Shown here piece after piece: positions 1 to 9,764 of a stretch of DNA of 64,000 bases (the stretch's first letter is position 1; the number at the start of each line of letters is the position of its first letter). The position numbers and the translations under genes are program-made. The notes beneath the pieces are model-generated. The model was not told the origin of the DNA. It saw only the letters and a list, made by a program, of their open reading frames with translations, and ran no database searches. This DNA is from SAR324 cluster bacterium SAR324-CTD7B. Lineage in GTDB: Bacteria > SAR324 > NAC60-12. Where the stretch lies: NCBI GenBank assembly GCA_002082305.1, contig LSNO01000093.1, positions 1,337 to 65,336 of the forward strand, in the 5' to 3' direction.

Positions 1-1341
1 GTCGTCACGGGAACTGTGCTCAGCGGAACCGTTAGACAAGATGAGGAAATACTGCAATATCCACAACGGCGGAACGTACGTATTCGAGGATTGCAGAACC
101 ACGGCCAGGAAGTCAAAGAGATTAATGCAGGACAGAGGGCCGCCCTGAATTTAGCAGGAATCGCCAAAGAAGAAATTCAGCGTGGTGACCAGTTGGCGCA
201 TCCGGAATCATTACTGAACAGTTATTTGCTTAATGTGTCATTGACTCTGTTGGAAGACGTTTTAGCCCCACTGAAAAACAGGACCCGTGTTCGCGTTCAT
301 CTTGGCAGCAAGGAAGTTTTTGGACGAATTGCTTTGTTGGAAGGTGAAACTTTGTCTCCTGGAAAAACAGCGCTGGTTCAATTACGTTTGGAAAGTTTGG
401 TAAGCGGTAGTTATGGAGACCGATTTATCGTCCGGAGTTATTCACCAATGATTACCTTAGGTGGAGGAATGGTGATTGACCCTTCTCCCGGTAAATCCAG
501 GAGAGTACAGCACGAACTTCCTGAACGGCTGGAACGTCTTCATGTTGGTGATGAAAATATTCGATCTGAAGAAGTGATCTATTTGCAGTCTGTTCGGGGA
601 GTAACTGAGTCTGAATTTTCGGTTCGTACCGGCCTTTCCAGCAGGCAGTCCGGAAAAGCTTTGCAGCTTTTGCAAAGTCAGCAGAAAGTACTTTGTGTTG
701 AACCTCTCACAGGACGTTATCTGCATGTGGAGCATATTGTGCGAATCGGCAAATTTTTGAGCAAAGCGTTGGAGCAGCATCACAAAAAATTCCCTGATCG
801 CGATGGGATGACCCGTTCTGAACTTGGTGGTAAACTTTCCTTGATTTTTACAGAAAAAGAGGTTGAAAAACTGCTAAAATATCTGGTGAAGGTTGGTCTG
901 TTTACACAAAATGATCAGTATATTTCCTTAGCAGAACATCAGCCGCAGGCATCACAAAGCAGGGAAGACAGTCTTGCACGCTGCCTTGAATTGATTAAGT
1001 CCGGTGGTTTTCAACCTTTACGCCGTACACATTTACTCCAGGAACTGGGTTTAAACGAAAAGGATGGAATGACATTACTCAAATCTGCAGCACATTCAAA
1101 ACGACTTGTACGGGTTGCAGAGGATTTACACTATATTCCAGAGCAAATTGCATCAATTATAGAAAGTCTGCGGTTTTATTTTAGTGAAAATCCAAACATT
1201 ACTGTAATCCAATTCAAAGAATTACTAAACATTTCTCGCAAACATGCAATTGATTTGTTAGAGTATTTTGACAGTCAACAGCTCACAATTCGGGAAGATA
1301 ACCACCGAATTCCGGCCAGAATTACAGCTTTAAACAATTAA
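1..1341 (+). CDS. selB: Selenocysteine-specific elongation factor SelB (5'-truncated by window edge)
   Basis: Frame is open from base 1 (VVTGTVLSG). Contains EF domain II/III motifs (GQRAALNL, GDRFIVRSYSP..TLGGG) and a C-terminal winged helix SRKHAIDLLEYFD typical of SelB. Confidence 0.93.
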   Translation, partial: VVTGTVLSGTVRQDEEILQYPQRRNVRIRGLQNHGQEVKEINAGQRAALNLAGIAKEEIQRGDQLAHPESLLNSYLLNVSLTLLEDVLAPLKNRTRVRVHLGSKEVFGRIALLEGETLSPGKTALVQLRLESLVSGSYGDRFIVRSYSPMITLGGGMVIDPSPGKSRRVQHELPERLERLHVGDENIRSEEVIYLQSVRGVTESEFSVRTGLSSRQSGKALQLLQSQQKVLCVEPLTGRYLHVEHIVRIGKFLSKALEQHHKKFPDRDGMTRSELGGKLSLIFTEKEVEKLLKYLVKVGLFTQNDQYISLAEHQPQASQSREDSLARCLELIKSGGFQPLRRTHLLQELGLNEKDGMTLLKSAAHSKRLVRVAEDLHYIPEQIASIIESLRFYFSENPNITVIQFKELLNISRKHAIDLLEYFDSQQLTIREDNHRIPARITALNN

Positions 1342-1358
1342 AGAAAACGGCATACAAA

Positions 1359-3755
1359 GTGTTTTTACTTCAAGTTATAATTTTCCCAATTTTACTTGTC
1401 ACTTTACTGAGCGTGTGGAACTTTCAAACAGTAACTGTAACAGCTCATGCCCAAAGTTTGCTGAGTGACAGCGAGTGGTTGGAGGAAAATAAGGATGTTT
1501 TCGGCAAACAGGAGCTTACTTTGCAAAATATTCCGTTGAGACCTTCTGACTTGTCCTCCACTCCTACAGTTCTGCCGGAATCGTTCCTAATTCCTCTTGA
1601 AACCGGCGGACAATATTTTTCAACAGTTCCTCAAAAACCTGCCCTGCCTTTGATAGAACAGAAAGATCAAAGCGAAAATCCTTCAGGCTCTTTTTTAAGC
1701 AGACTTTTTCCCTGGTTTAGCAGTACAGAGCAATCTACATCCACTAACCTGGATACTGCTTCAGAAATGCATAATGCAGAAACTAGGGTGGAGTGGGCTG
1801 ATTCAGAATTTGCGGGAATAAAAATGCTGATAACAGAAATTGAAAGGCTGCTCATATCAGATCCGGTAGCGGCCAGGGAAATGTACGAGGAAATAGAAGA
1901 TCAGTTGGAGATTGATGAGCGTACACGGCTGAAAGTACAATTGCTTTATTATTTGAAAAAGTGGTCTTCTGCAGAGCAGTTAGCAGAAGTATTTTTGAGC
2001 GAACGTCCAGAAAGTAAGATGGCCTCTTTGATGTTTTATTTTTTGAACAAATCACTGATGGCTCAGCATAAGCCTCTCAGTCAAAATTTGATTTTCAGGA
2101 AACGTGCAGTGGAAACTCTGGAAGCAAAATTCCGCAGTGATTTTTTGTTCATTCTCAGTAACGAAGCATTTCTTGAAGGCGATCTTTTAACTGCAATACA
2201 ATATCGCCTTGAAGGAATGAATAAAGCAAAAACTGCTAATGTTGCCAGTATGGAAAAATTGAATGGTTTGTTAAATCAAGTTCAGTCTCCTGAAATACTG
2301 CGAATTTTATCAGAGAATAATAAGAATGTTAAATGGCTGCAGAAAAAAATCTTCATAATGGAATTGGAACTTCTGGCTAAACTGAAACGTTACCGTGATG
2401 CATTGGGGATTTTAGAGCAAAGAATGTCTGCTGCAAGGGTAATAGGAGATCAGGAAGAGCTTGAAGTTTTGAAGCAAATACAGATCCGCTATACAAATGC
2501 TTTGAACGTCAATCCTCGCCGAATTGGGGTAATACTTCCCTTGAGCAGTTCCAGCGTAAAAGTTTCCCGATTGGCACAGCAAACTATGAATGGTTTGTGG
2601 CTGGCACTTCATGCAAACGAAATTCCTGCAGTGCCTGAAAACATGGGTGACGATGAGGCTTCGCAAGAAAATGAAATAACCGGCAAATCAGAAGATAAAG
2701 ACAATGCTCAGGCGGAATCTGATTCGAGGAAATTTGAAGATTCTTGGGAACTTGTGGTACGTGATTCACAGTTGAATCCGGAAATAACCAAAAGCTTGGT
2801 ACGCGAATTGGTGGAGACGGAAAGGGTGATTGCCATCATTGGACCTCTTGCCCGGAAAACATCAGAGGCTGCTGCAGAAGAAGCTGAGCGTTTGCGGGTT
2901 CCTTTAATTTCTCTTTCTTTGACAGAAAGCATTCCGGAACTTGGTGAATTTATATTTCGTAATAATCAAAGCTGGAAACAGGAAATCCAAGAATTGTTGG
3001 AATATGCAACGAGTGAGCTCCAGGCTTGCCGTTTCCTGATACTTTATGCAAAAACACGGGAAGGTCGACAAAAAATGAGACTATTTTGGGATGCCGCAGT
3101 TCTGAAGGGATGCAAAGTAGTTGCAGTTGAAGGTTTTAAGGATGAAGGTCAAAAAAGTCTAGTGAACGAATTCGATACTTTCACAGGCAAAATAAGACGT
3201 TTGGGTACAGAAGACAAAATAATTTTGAAGGAACTTAAAGAGAAGGAAGTGCCGATTCACAACTTTGATGCCGTTTTTGTAGCCGTTGGTTCGGGTGGTG
3301 TAAAAAATTTAAGTCTCATCTTTCCATACAGTGAAGTGTACAAAATGAGAAAAACGACTTTTCTGGGAGATAGTGGTTGGAATGATTCAGCCCTGCCGTA
3401 TGCTCCGGGACTTCGAGGAGTGAAAAACCCCGTATTTGTGGACAGTTTTTTCCTGCAAAGTAAAACACCGGCCGTGCAGCAACTGTTAAGGCTGCATGAG
3501 CGGATTTTATATCGGCATCAAAATTATATTGGTCCTACAGCTTATACTGCTTTTGCCTATGATACGCTAATAATCTTGATGCGGTTGCTTGAAGACGAGC
3601 GAAATCAGAGCCACCGCGATCTGCGGGATGCCTTGTTAAATATGCAGATGTTTCCCGGTGTTACCGGCAATTTACGCTTCGATGAAATGGGTAAAGTTGA
3701 ACGTGAATTGCAGCTGTTGACTTTGCGGAGGGGGAAAATTCAGCCTTTGAATTAA
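1359..3755 (+). CDS. LpoA/LppC-like penicillin-binding protein activator (periplasmic binding protein type 1 domain)
   Basis: N-terminal hydrophobic segment, helical middle region, then RIGVILPLS...AIIGPL...AFAYD...FPGVTGNLRFD of the LppC/PBP1 fold. Confidence 0.65.
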   Translation: MFLLQVIIFPILLVTLLSVWNFQTVTVTAHAQSLLSDSEWLEENKDVFGKQELTLQNIPLRPSDLSSTPTVLPESFLIPLETGGQYFSTVPQKPALPLIEQKDQSENPSGSFLSRLFPWFSSTEQSTSTNLDTASEMHNAETRVEWADSEFAGIKMLITEIERLLISDPVAAREMYEEIEDQLEIDERTRLKVQLLYYLKKWSSAEQLAEVFLSERPESKMASLMFYFLNKSLMAQHKPLSQNLIFRKRAVETLEAKFRSDFLFILSNEAFLEGDLLTAIQYRLEGMNKAKTANVASMEKLNGLLNQVQSPEILRILSENNKNVKWLQKKIFIMELELLAKLKRYRDALGILEQRMSAARVIGDQEELEVLKQIQIRYTNALNVNPRRIGVILPLSSSSVKVSRLAQQTMNGLWLALHANEIPAVPENMGDDEASQENEITGKSEDKDNAQAESDSRKFEDSWELVVRDSQLNPEITKSLVRELVETERVIAIIGPLARKTSEAAAEEAERLRVPLISLSLTESIPELGEFIFRNNQSWKQEIQELLEYATSELQACRFLILYAKTREGRQKMRLFWDAAVLKGCKVVAVEGFKDEGQKSLVNEFDTFTGKIRRLGTEDKIILKELKEKEVPIHNFDAVFVAVGSGGVKNLSLIFPYSEVYKMRKTTFLGDSGWNDSALPYAPGLRGVKNPVFVDSFFLQSKTPAVQQLLRLHERILYRHQNYIGPTAYTAFAYDTLIILMRLLEDERNQSHRDLRDALLNMQMFPGVTGNLRFDEMGKVERELQLLTLRRGKIQPLN

Positions 3756-3779
3756 AAGTATTATGAGGCTGAATATGTC

Positions 3780-3802
3780 CAGGCAGCAGATTTCACTGCC
3801 TG
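3780..3802. terminator. Hairpin between convergent genes (possible terminator)
   Basis: CAGGCAG-N9-CTGCCTG perfect 7-bp stem between stops at 3755 (+) and 3815 (-). No clear U-tract. Confidence 0.35.
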
Positions 3803-3814
3803 ATTAAGTCCTGA

Positions 3815-4282
3815 CTATTTTACAAAAAGTGATTCAAGGTCCTTAAATGGAACTTGTTCAGGCTTCACATTTTGCTGCGGTTCATTGGTATTTCCCGTGT
3901 TACCGGCGTCGCCTATTGCAGATTCTGGATAAGAATCATTGGGACCACCAATCATCAAGTCATCCTCTTTTTTCTCAAGGCGCTTTTCTGGTCGGATTTC
4001 TGCGTGAAAGTTGCGCTTTGACTGTGCTTTCATAAGAATTTTTTGTTCTTCCAGGGGCTCTTCAACCAAATCTGCAACTTGCCGCAAACGATAACTATAT
4101 TGACGACTAACCTCTAAAAGACGTCCGCCGGGAATGCACTCCGGACTGTCCTGGAATGTCCCAAAATCCTCTACTATGACTGCGTGTTTTAGAGCTTCAG
4201 GACCCAAATAAACTAAAATATAGGAGTTTTCAGGATCTGATACTTCCTCTTCCTCATGAGTTTCAAATTTTAACCATTTCAT
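3815..4282 (-). CDS. Hypothetical acidic protein (155 aa)
   Basis: ATG preceded by a strong SD (AGGAGG) on the minus strand. No family recognised. Confidence 0.7.
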   Translation of the reverse strand: MKWLKFETHEEEEVSDPENSYILVYLGPEALKHAVIVEDFGTFQDSPECIPGGRLLEVSRQYSYRLRQVADLVEEPLEEQKILMKAQSKRNFHAEIRPEKRLEKKEDDLMIGGPNDSYPESAIGDAGNTGNTNEPQQNVKPEQVPFKDLESLFVK

Positions 4283-4330
4283 ATTTGCCTCCTAATAACT
4301 TAAATATTGTTAAATCATTGATTAAACCCC

Positions 4331-4346
4331 TGCGAAAAACATGCCA
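4331..4346 (-). promoter_or_regulatory. Sigma54 (-24/-12) promoter
   Basis: Minus strand reads TGGCATG-TTTT-TCGCA against consensus TGGCACG-N4-TTGCW. GG-N10-GC spacing is exact, about 50 nt upstream of the 4282 start. Confidence 0.6.
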
Positions 4347-4550
4347 TTTCCTGTGGATTATTAGAACATTTTACTATGGAATATTGAAAAACTTAGCGGG
4401 ATGTGGATCCGCGGAATAATGAGAAAATATCAATAATAATTACAGTTACATAGTTAGTAATAACGGTTTATACAAATTTTCTTTATCAAGTTCACCTAAC
4501 AGGAATTGGATATTGCTTTCTGGTATTCAGAGAATAAATTTGATTTATTT

Positions 4551-4570
4551 ATATTTGTATATTACGATAT
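4551..4570. promoter_or_regulatory. Imperfect AT-rich palindrome, candidate ArsR/SqrR operator
   Basis: ATATTTGTATATTACGATAT immediately upstream of the regulator RBS (AAGGAG). ArsR-family repressors typically autoregulate through such sites. Confidence 0.3.
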
Positions 4571-4592
4571 TTACTAATGAAAAGGAGATACC

Positions 4593-4934
4593 ATGAAAAC
4601 TTCAGCAAGTAAAAACGAAATATTAAAACGTGAGCTCGAACAACTATTTGGCGAGCAGGATGCAAATATTGAAACTGCAGCACAGTGTTTAAAGGTTATG
4701 TCTCATCCTGCCCGCCTGCGTATTTTGTGTGCCTTGCGCGAGGGTGAACAAACAGTCCAGAACCTGGAATACTACACTGGAATTAAACAGTCGACTCTGT
4801 CACAGCACTTAGCTTTGTTGAAAAGCCGAGGCGTTTTAGTCTCACGACGTGAAACAACCTACTCTTTTTACAGTTTTTCCAACGATCAAATTACACAATT
4901 ATTCGATTTGATAAAGGAAGTATTTTGTACCTGA
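4593..4934 (+). CDS. ArsR/SmtB family repressor, SqrR/BigR persulfide-sensor type
   Basis: SHPARLRILCAL, QSTLSQHLALL HTH and C-terminal FCT. The alpha2 Cys plus C-terminal Cys pair is the SqrR/BigR signature. Confidence 0.85.
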   Translation: MKTSASKNEILKRELEQLFGEQDANIETAAQCLKVMSHPARLRILCALREGEQTVQNLEYYTGIKQSTLSQHLALLKSRGVLVSRRETTYSFYSFSNDQITQLFDLIKEVFCT

Positions 4935-4971
4935 ATTAAAATGACAAATTCAATGGCTAAACCAGCCCAAG

Positions 4972-5994
4972 TTGGTCTTCCGACAATTTTTTGACAAGGA
5001 TACGGGAACATTCACGTATTTTTTGTTTGATTCTGAAACTATGGAAGGCCTGATAATTGATCCGGTTAAAGAGCAATTTGATCTAAGTCTACAGTTCATA
5101 GAAGAACTGGGAGTTGAGCTAAAATACGTAATTGATAATCATGTCCATGCGGATCATGTTACTTCTTCATGTATGCTGCGTGAAGCTACTGGAGCAAAAA
5201 GTGTTTTTGGTGAGCCTGCCGGAATTGAATGTGCAGATATTCTTCTTGAAGATGGAGATGAGTTAGAGTTTGGACACTTTAGCCTCAAAGCAATTGCGAC
5301 TCCCGGACATACAGATGCCTGTACCAGTTTTTATACGGAAGGGATGCTCTTTACAGGAGACTCTTTGTTGATTCGCGGTTGCGGACGCACCGATTTCCAG
5401 TTGGGTGATCCGGAAAAACTTTATGAAAGTATTACTCAAAAACTGTACTCCTATCCGGACGACACCTTGGTTTATCCTGGTCATGATTATCTGGGACGTA
5501 CAGCCTCATGTATCAGAGAAGAAAAAGCTTTTAATCCCAGAATTGGCAGCGGACAAACGTTGGAAAAATTTGTCCAAATTATGAAAAATCTGGATTTGCC
5601 AAAGCCTAAACGCATTGATTCGACTGTTTCTCAGAATCTTCAATGCGGTTTTTCACTGGAACTTGGTCATGTAAATGAAGATAATTTTACTATGCATGAT
5701 TTGTATCAGTTGCTGGATAATCTGAAATCTACAGAGAGGGTAATTGATGTACGGACGCCCAACGAGTATTCTCAAGGTCATGTCCCCGGTAGTTTAAATA
5801 TTCCCATGGGTAACGAACAGTCGTTTCTTGAAGAGCTCAGCAGTTATCAAAGAATATTTGTACATTGCCACTCTGGACGCAGGGCACAAACTGTTTACAC
5901 AATGCTTGGAATGCAGGGTTTGGAAAATGTTGTCTGTATCAACAGTTCCGGAATGGCAGACTGGACGATAGCAGGCTTTCCTGTGGAACGGTAA
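4972..5994 (+). CDS. Persulfide dioxygenase (ETHE1-type MBL fold) fused to a rhodanese domain
   Basis: HVHADH, TPGHT, RGCGRTDFQ, YPGHDY (ETHE1/PDO type I). C-terminal IDVRTPNEY..GHVPGS..CHSGRR rhodanese loop. The TTG start is uncertain. Confidence 0.88.
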   Translation: MVFRQFFDKDTGTFTYFLFDSETMEGLIIDPVKEQFDLSLQFIEELGVELKYVIDNHVHADHVTSSCMLREATGAKSVFGEPAGIECADILLEDGDELEFGHFSLKAIATPGHTDACTSFYTEGMLFTGDSLLIRGCGRTDFQLGDPEKLYESITQKLYSYPDDTLVYPGHDYLGRTASCIREEKAFNPRIGSGQTLEKFVQIMKNLDLPKPKRIDSTVSQNLQCGFSLELGHVNEDNFTMHDLYQLLDNLKSTERVIDVRTPNEYSQGHVPGSLNIPMGNEQSFLEELSSYQRIFVHCHSGRRAQTVYTMLGMQGLENVVCINSSGMADWTIAGFPVER

Positions 5995-6008
5995 GGGAGC
6001 CACCCTCA

Positions 6009-6950
6009 ATGAAGAAGAGTATCCTGGTCAAATTCAGTTTAATTCCCGCTTTATTACTTATTCCAACTATACTTTGGGCCGCTTCTACGGAAATATCTGG
6101 AATGCCCTGGTGGGGCTGGCCGACGGCCTTATTTTTCACAACCTTTTTCATGGGTGTTTTCGGTGTAATGGCCGGAATTGGCGGCGGTGTTTTGTTTGTC
6201 CCTCTGGTTAGTGGTTTTTTCCCGTTTCACATCGACTTTGTCCGAGGTGCAGGCTTGTTTATTGCCCTCGGCAGTTCACTTGCTGCTGCTCCACATTTAC
6301 TGGAAAAAAACCTGGCTAGTTTGAAGCTCGCGCTACCGACTGCGTTGATTGCTTCTGCCTTTGCAATTGTAGGGGCATTTCTGGGACTTTGGCTTTCTGC
6401 ACTGAATCCGGCATATATTCACGGGAGCCTGGGTCTAACGATTATCACTATCGTTTTCATCATGCTGTTTGCAAAAAACACGGAGAACCCTGAAGTGAGC
6501 AGGGGAAACAAATTGACCGAGCTTTTGCAAATCAATGGTATTTACACCGAAGAAACTACGGGCAAAGAAGTTAGTTGGACTGTTCACCACACAAAGAGAG
6601 GTATGTTCGGTTTTGTGGTCGTCGGTTTGCTGGCAGGTTTTTTTGGATTGGGTGCAGGCTGGGCGAATGTTCCCATTTTGAACTTGTTGATGGGAGCACC
6701 GGTAAAAGTCGCAGTTGCTACAAGCAGTTTTGCGCTTTCAATTACGGACAGCACAGCGGCCTGGATTTACATGAATAAAGGAGCAGTTTTGCCAATAATA
6801 GTTGTTCCCTCAATGGTCGGTATCATGCTGGGGGCAAGAATTGGTTCAAAGTTGCTGCCAAAAGTTAAACCAACTGTAATTCGTTACATCGTCATCACAG
6901 TTCTTCTTTTGGCAGGAGTACGTTCCCTGTTGAAAGCTTTTGGTATTTGA
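6009..6950 (+). CDS. Sulfite exporter TauE/SafE family membrane protein
   Basis: GIGGGVLFVP and GFFGLGAGWANVP repeats, AVATS, multiple TM helices. Start set at ATG 6009 after GGGAG. Confidence 0.85.
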   Translation: MKKSILVKFSLIPALLLIPTILWAASTEISGMPWWGWPTALFFTTFFMGVFGVMAGIGGGVLFVPLVSGFFPFHIDFVRGAGLFIALGSSLAAAPHLLEKNLASLKLALPTALIASAFAIVGAFLGLWLSALNPAYIHGSLGLTIITIVFIMLFAKNTENPEVSRGNKLTELLQINGIYTEETTGKEVSWTVHHTKRGMFGFVVVGLLAGFFGLGAGWANVPILNLLMGAPVKVAVATSSFALSITDSTAAWIYMNKGAVLPIIVVPSMVGIMLGARIGSKLLPKVKPTVIRYIVITVLLLAGVRSLLKAFGI

Positions 6951-6969
6951 GCACAAACTTGGAGAACTA

Positions 6970-7389
6970 ATGGAAAAATCTATAGTTTTTGAAAATGCTC
7001 CAGAGCAGCATATATACGCAAAAATTATATATCACATAAGTAATCTGGGTTTGCTTGCTCTGATTATGGGATTCATTTTGTATATTTTCGGAGTGCTGAC
7101 TCCGCTCGTTCCGCTGGAAGAACTGCCTAAGTACTGGTCATTATCTTTAACGCAGTTTCTGGAAAAAACCGGAGCGCCTACCGGCTGGCGATGGACAGCA
7201 ATGTTAGGTTATGGTGATGTAATACCGTTTTTAGGGGTTACCATTTTGGCCTCCGTTACTTTTGTTTGTTTTCTAGCTTTGTTGTTTAGTTTTCTGCAAA
7301 GAGGAGCCAAAGTGCTGGCATTTATTGCGGCAATGGAGTTGTTCTTCATTCTTATCTCTGCCTCTAATCTTATCCAGATTTCCCACTGA
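6970..7389 (+). CDS. DUF1634-like membrane protein (usual TauE partner)
   Basis: Three TM segments and a PTGWRW..LGYGD motif. GGAG SD before ATG 6970. Directly follows the TauE gene. Confidence 0.65.
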   Translation: MEKSIVFENAPEQHIYAKIIYHISNLGLLALIMGFILYIFGVLTPLVPLEELPKYWSLSLTQFLEKTGAPTGWRWTAMLGYGDVIPFLGVTILASVTFVCFLALLFSFLQRGAKVLAFIAAMELFFILISASNLIQISH

Positions 7390-7501
7390 AATCTCTCAAA
7401 TTGAAGCCTTATCTTCTTCCACTGGCAGTCGCCCAGAAAATCCCTGCCGAAATCAATAAGTCCAAAAATAAAGCTGATACCTCACTAAGAAGCGCTGCAG
7501 C

Positions 7502-9394
7502 TTAGACAAGGGCTTCCAGCAGCCGGTTTTGGTATGCAGTGATCAAAGCTTCGCCATAATGGGGTAGCTTCTCCAGGCGGCGTTTTACCGGTGTTTTGTC
7601 CGTTTGCGGGCGCATTACCTGATGTAAAGTGTAACGCAGAATATCCTGGGGATTTTGAATACAGTAAAGAATGAATGTCAAAGCATCGTTTTCCGGGTTT
7701 TTTTCGTAAATGAGCCACAACAGCCTAACTATGTGAAAATGATTGATTCCGCGTGAACATTGCCGGTCCACAAATTCCCAGATTGATTTAAGGTAATTAT
7801 CGGCCCTGAAACCTTGCGGTAGCCCTGCTGATTCAGTGAACTCCTGATAATAAAGCAAAGTCAGCACCGAAGAGCAGAAATAGCTCCAGGCTTTTCTAAA
7901 ATCATCCAGAGGTATCAACTGTCTTTGAGGGACCGTGTCCGGTTCTGCCTGCAGTACTGCCTCCTCGTTGGTGTCCAGTAACACTCCAAGGGAACTCTGT
8001 ATTGACTTGATTGCCGGCAATCGAAATTTCATAACTGACATAAGCCTTTTCAGGCGCAGACCATCAGCACTTTCCAAAAAACCTGCTGCCCTTGATTCCT
8101 CCGGCGACTGTGTCCACGCACTTAAACTGTGAAGTGCAGAATACAGTTTAGAATAAATTGACTCGGCATAGTGCTTTTCCATCTTTTTTATTTCTTTTGA
8201 CCATTCTTTCAAAGGGGTTCCGGAAGGAAGCATTTTTATCAGGCGCAATGGAAATTTTTGCCGTATATTGTCCAATTCCGAATTTTGCGGCATCTCCGGA
8301 ACATAAAAGAGAATCACTTTTTTCTCTTTTCTCAACTGTCGCATTCTGGATCGAATTTGTGTACCGACTCCGTCTAATTCTACAGCTTCCGGAGGTTGTT
8401 TCAATTGTTCGTACAGTTCTTCAATAAATCCGGTAAGTGCAGAAATTTCTTCCAATTTGTGAAGCACAGAGCGGATGTAATGTGAGAATCGTTCTTGTTC
8501 AAAATTTTCATAAACCCGCATCTCATGGGGCAGAATGAAATGTAAATGTGAATTCAACTGCTTGACTCGTTCACTCACTTTCTGATTAAATTGCTCGGGA
8601 TTTGTCCGGAACAATTCCTTAAACTCGGTAAAAATGGAGGAAAGTGTATGTTGTTCTTCGGTTGAGAGTGACTGGGCTTTCCACTTTTCGCGCCACTCAT
8701 CTATTAATTGCTTCCGGATTTGATCTCCCTCTTTTTCCATGGAAAGACGGTATGACTTTGCAACACTTTCACAATGTCCTTCCAAACTATCTGAATGAAA
8801 ATTAAATTCTTTGACCAGGTCCAGTATTTCAGGAATTGCGGCAGTAATTTGTTTTTGTCCTTTCACACTTTGCTGGTAAAACTCAAGAGGCAGGATTTGC
8901 TCATTGAAGAATATATTTCCGAATAATTTTGAAAATACATTGCGAGTAATGTTGACGATAACTTCTGCAGTTTCCAGTTTTTTTGGCAGAATGATCGTCA
9001 CCTTGAATGATCTTGAATCAATGAAGGAATCTATTCGTGAGGCAGGAAGTGTAACATTTTTTGGTAGAGGTGAGCCGATTTCAGTCTCGTATGTTGTCTG
9101 ATCAATAAAACGCAGCAGATGGCTGGCGTAATTTATTTTCAAACCTAATCTGCCTGGAAAATCAAGCATGTCGGGAAGTTTTTCGCTCAAAAATGTTTTT
9201 GTCTCAAGCGGAATCGATTCAGAAAATTCTAACCGAAAAAATTTTGAGGTGGGAGTTTGTTCTTTTTCCTGATCATGATTTTGGAGTTGGGAGTCTCCAA
9301 TTGTACGGAGCTTAGGATCAAAACGCTCTTCAAAAGATTTGTCGTTGCTGTCAAAGGACTTCATGAAATTGTACCCTTGAATTGCCTGGCTCAC
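7502..9394 (-). CDS. Hypothetical helical protein (630 aa)
   Basis: Long ORF with protein-like composition and a coiled/helical middle. No family recognised. Confidence 0.75.
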   Translation of the reverse strand: MSQAIQGYNFMKSFDSNDKSFEERFDPKLRTIGDSQLQNHDQEKEQTPTSKFFRLEFSESIPLETKTFLSEKLPDMLDFPGRLGLKINYASHLLRFIDQTTYETEIGSPLPKNVTLPASRIDSFIDSRSFKVTIILPKKLETAEVIVNITRNVFSKLFGNIFFNEQILPLEFYQQSVKGQKQITAAIPEILDLVKEFNFHSDSLEGHCESVAKSYRLSMEKEGDQIRKQLIDEWREKWKAQSLSTEEQHTLSSIFTEFKELFRTNPEQFNQKVSERVKQLNSHLHFILPHEMRVYENFEQERFSHYIRSVLHKLEEISALTGFIEELYEQLKQPPEAVELDGVGTQIRSRMRQLRKEKKVILFYVPEMPQNSELDNIRQKFPLRLIKMLPSGTPLKEWSKEIKKMEKHYAESIYSKLYSALHSLSAWTQSPEESRAAGFLESADGLRLKRLMSVMKFRLPAIKSIQSSLGVLLDTNEEAVLQAEPDTVPQRQLIPLDDFRKAWSYFCSSVLTLLYYQEFTESAGLPQGFRADNYLKSIWEFVDRQCSRGINHFHIVRLLWLIYEKNPENDALTFILYCIQNPQDILRYTLHQVMRPQTDKTPVKRRLEKLPHYGEALITAYQNRLLEALV

Positions 9395-9403
9395 GACCGG
9401 GGA

Positions 9404-9643
9404 TCAATGCTTCCTGACAGAAGCTATATCTTCGTTCCATTCTCTCAGTTTATGCGGACCTTCGAGTGTAGTTTTCAGTTCGATTAAATCCAAAAACTTT
9501 TTATCTTCCAAATCAACATTGGGATACCTCCTTCTTAAATAACCCCAGAGGTTAAGGTAGTTCTCCTCTTTTTGCCAATCTTCATTCTGTGACTTCTGCT
9601 CTGTTTTGGGCTGTTCAGTAAATGGGTAAAAAACCTTGCTCAT
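9404..9643 (-). CDS. Small hypothetical protein
   Basis: Ends 9 nt before the start of the 630-aa ORF. ATG 9643 (MSKVFYPF) preferred over TTG 9694. Confidence 0.55.
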   Translation of the reverse strand: MSKVFYPFTEQPKTEQKSQNEDWQKEENYLNLWGYLRRRYPNVDLEDKKFLDLIELKTTLEGPHKLREWNEDIASVRKH

Positions 9644-9764
9644 ACTACTTTCTCGAAAACTCTGTTTATTATCTTTCCAAACTCGCTGTTCCAAAAAACT
9701 AATCCGGAAATTTAGAATTTATCACCAATGCTGCCGAAAGTTTTAACGGCCTTATACTCTATGT

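Noticed and set aside
5865-6008. N-terminal extensions given by the ORF track for tauE (also rpsJ to 45417, rpsL to 49609, rpmD to 37710, ruvC to 30383, iscA from 21311, DUF1028 from 62003, D-aminoacylase from 57489)
   Set aside because: They overlap upstream genes or leaders. Internal starts match the family N-termini, several with an SD.
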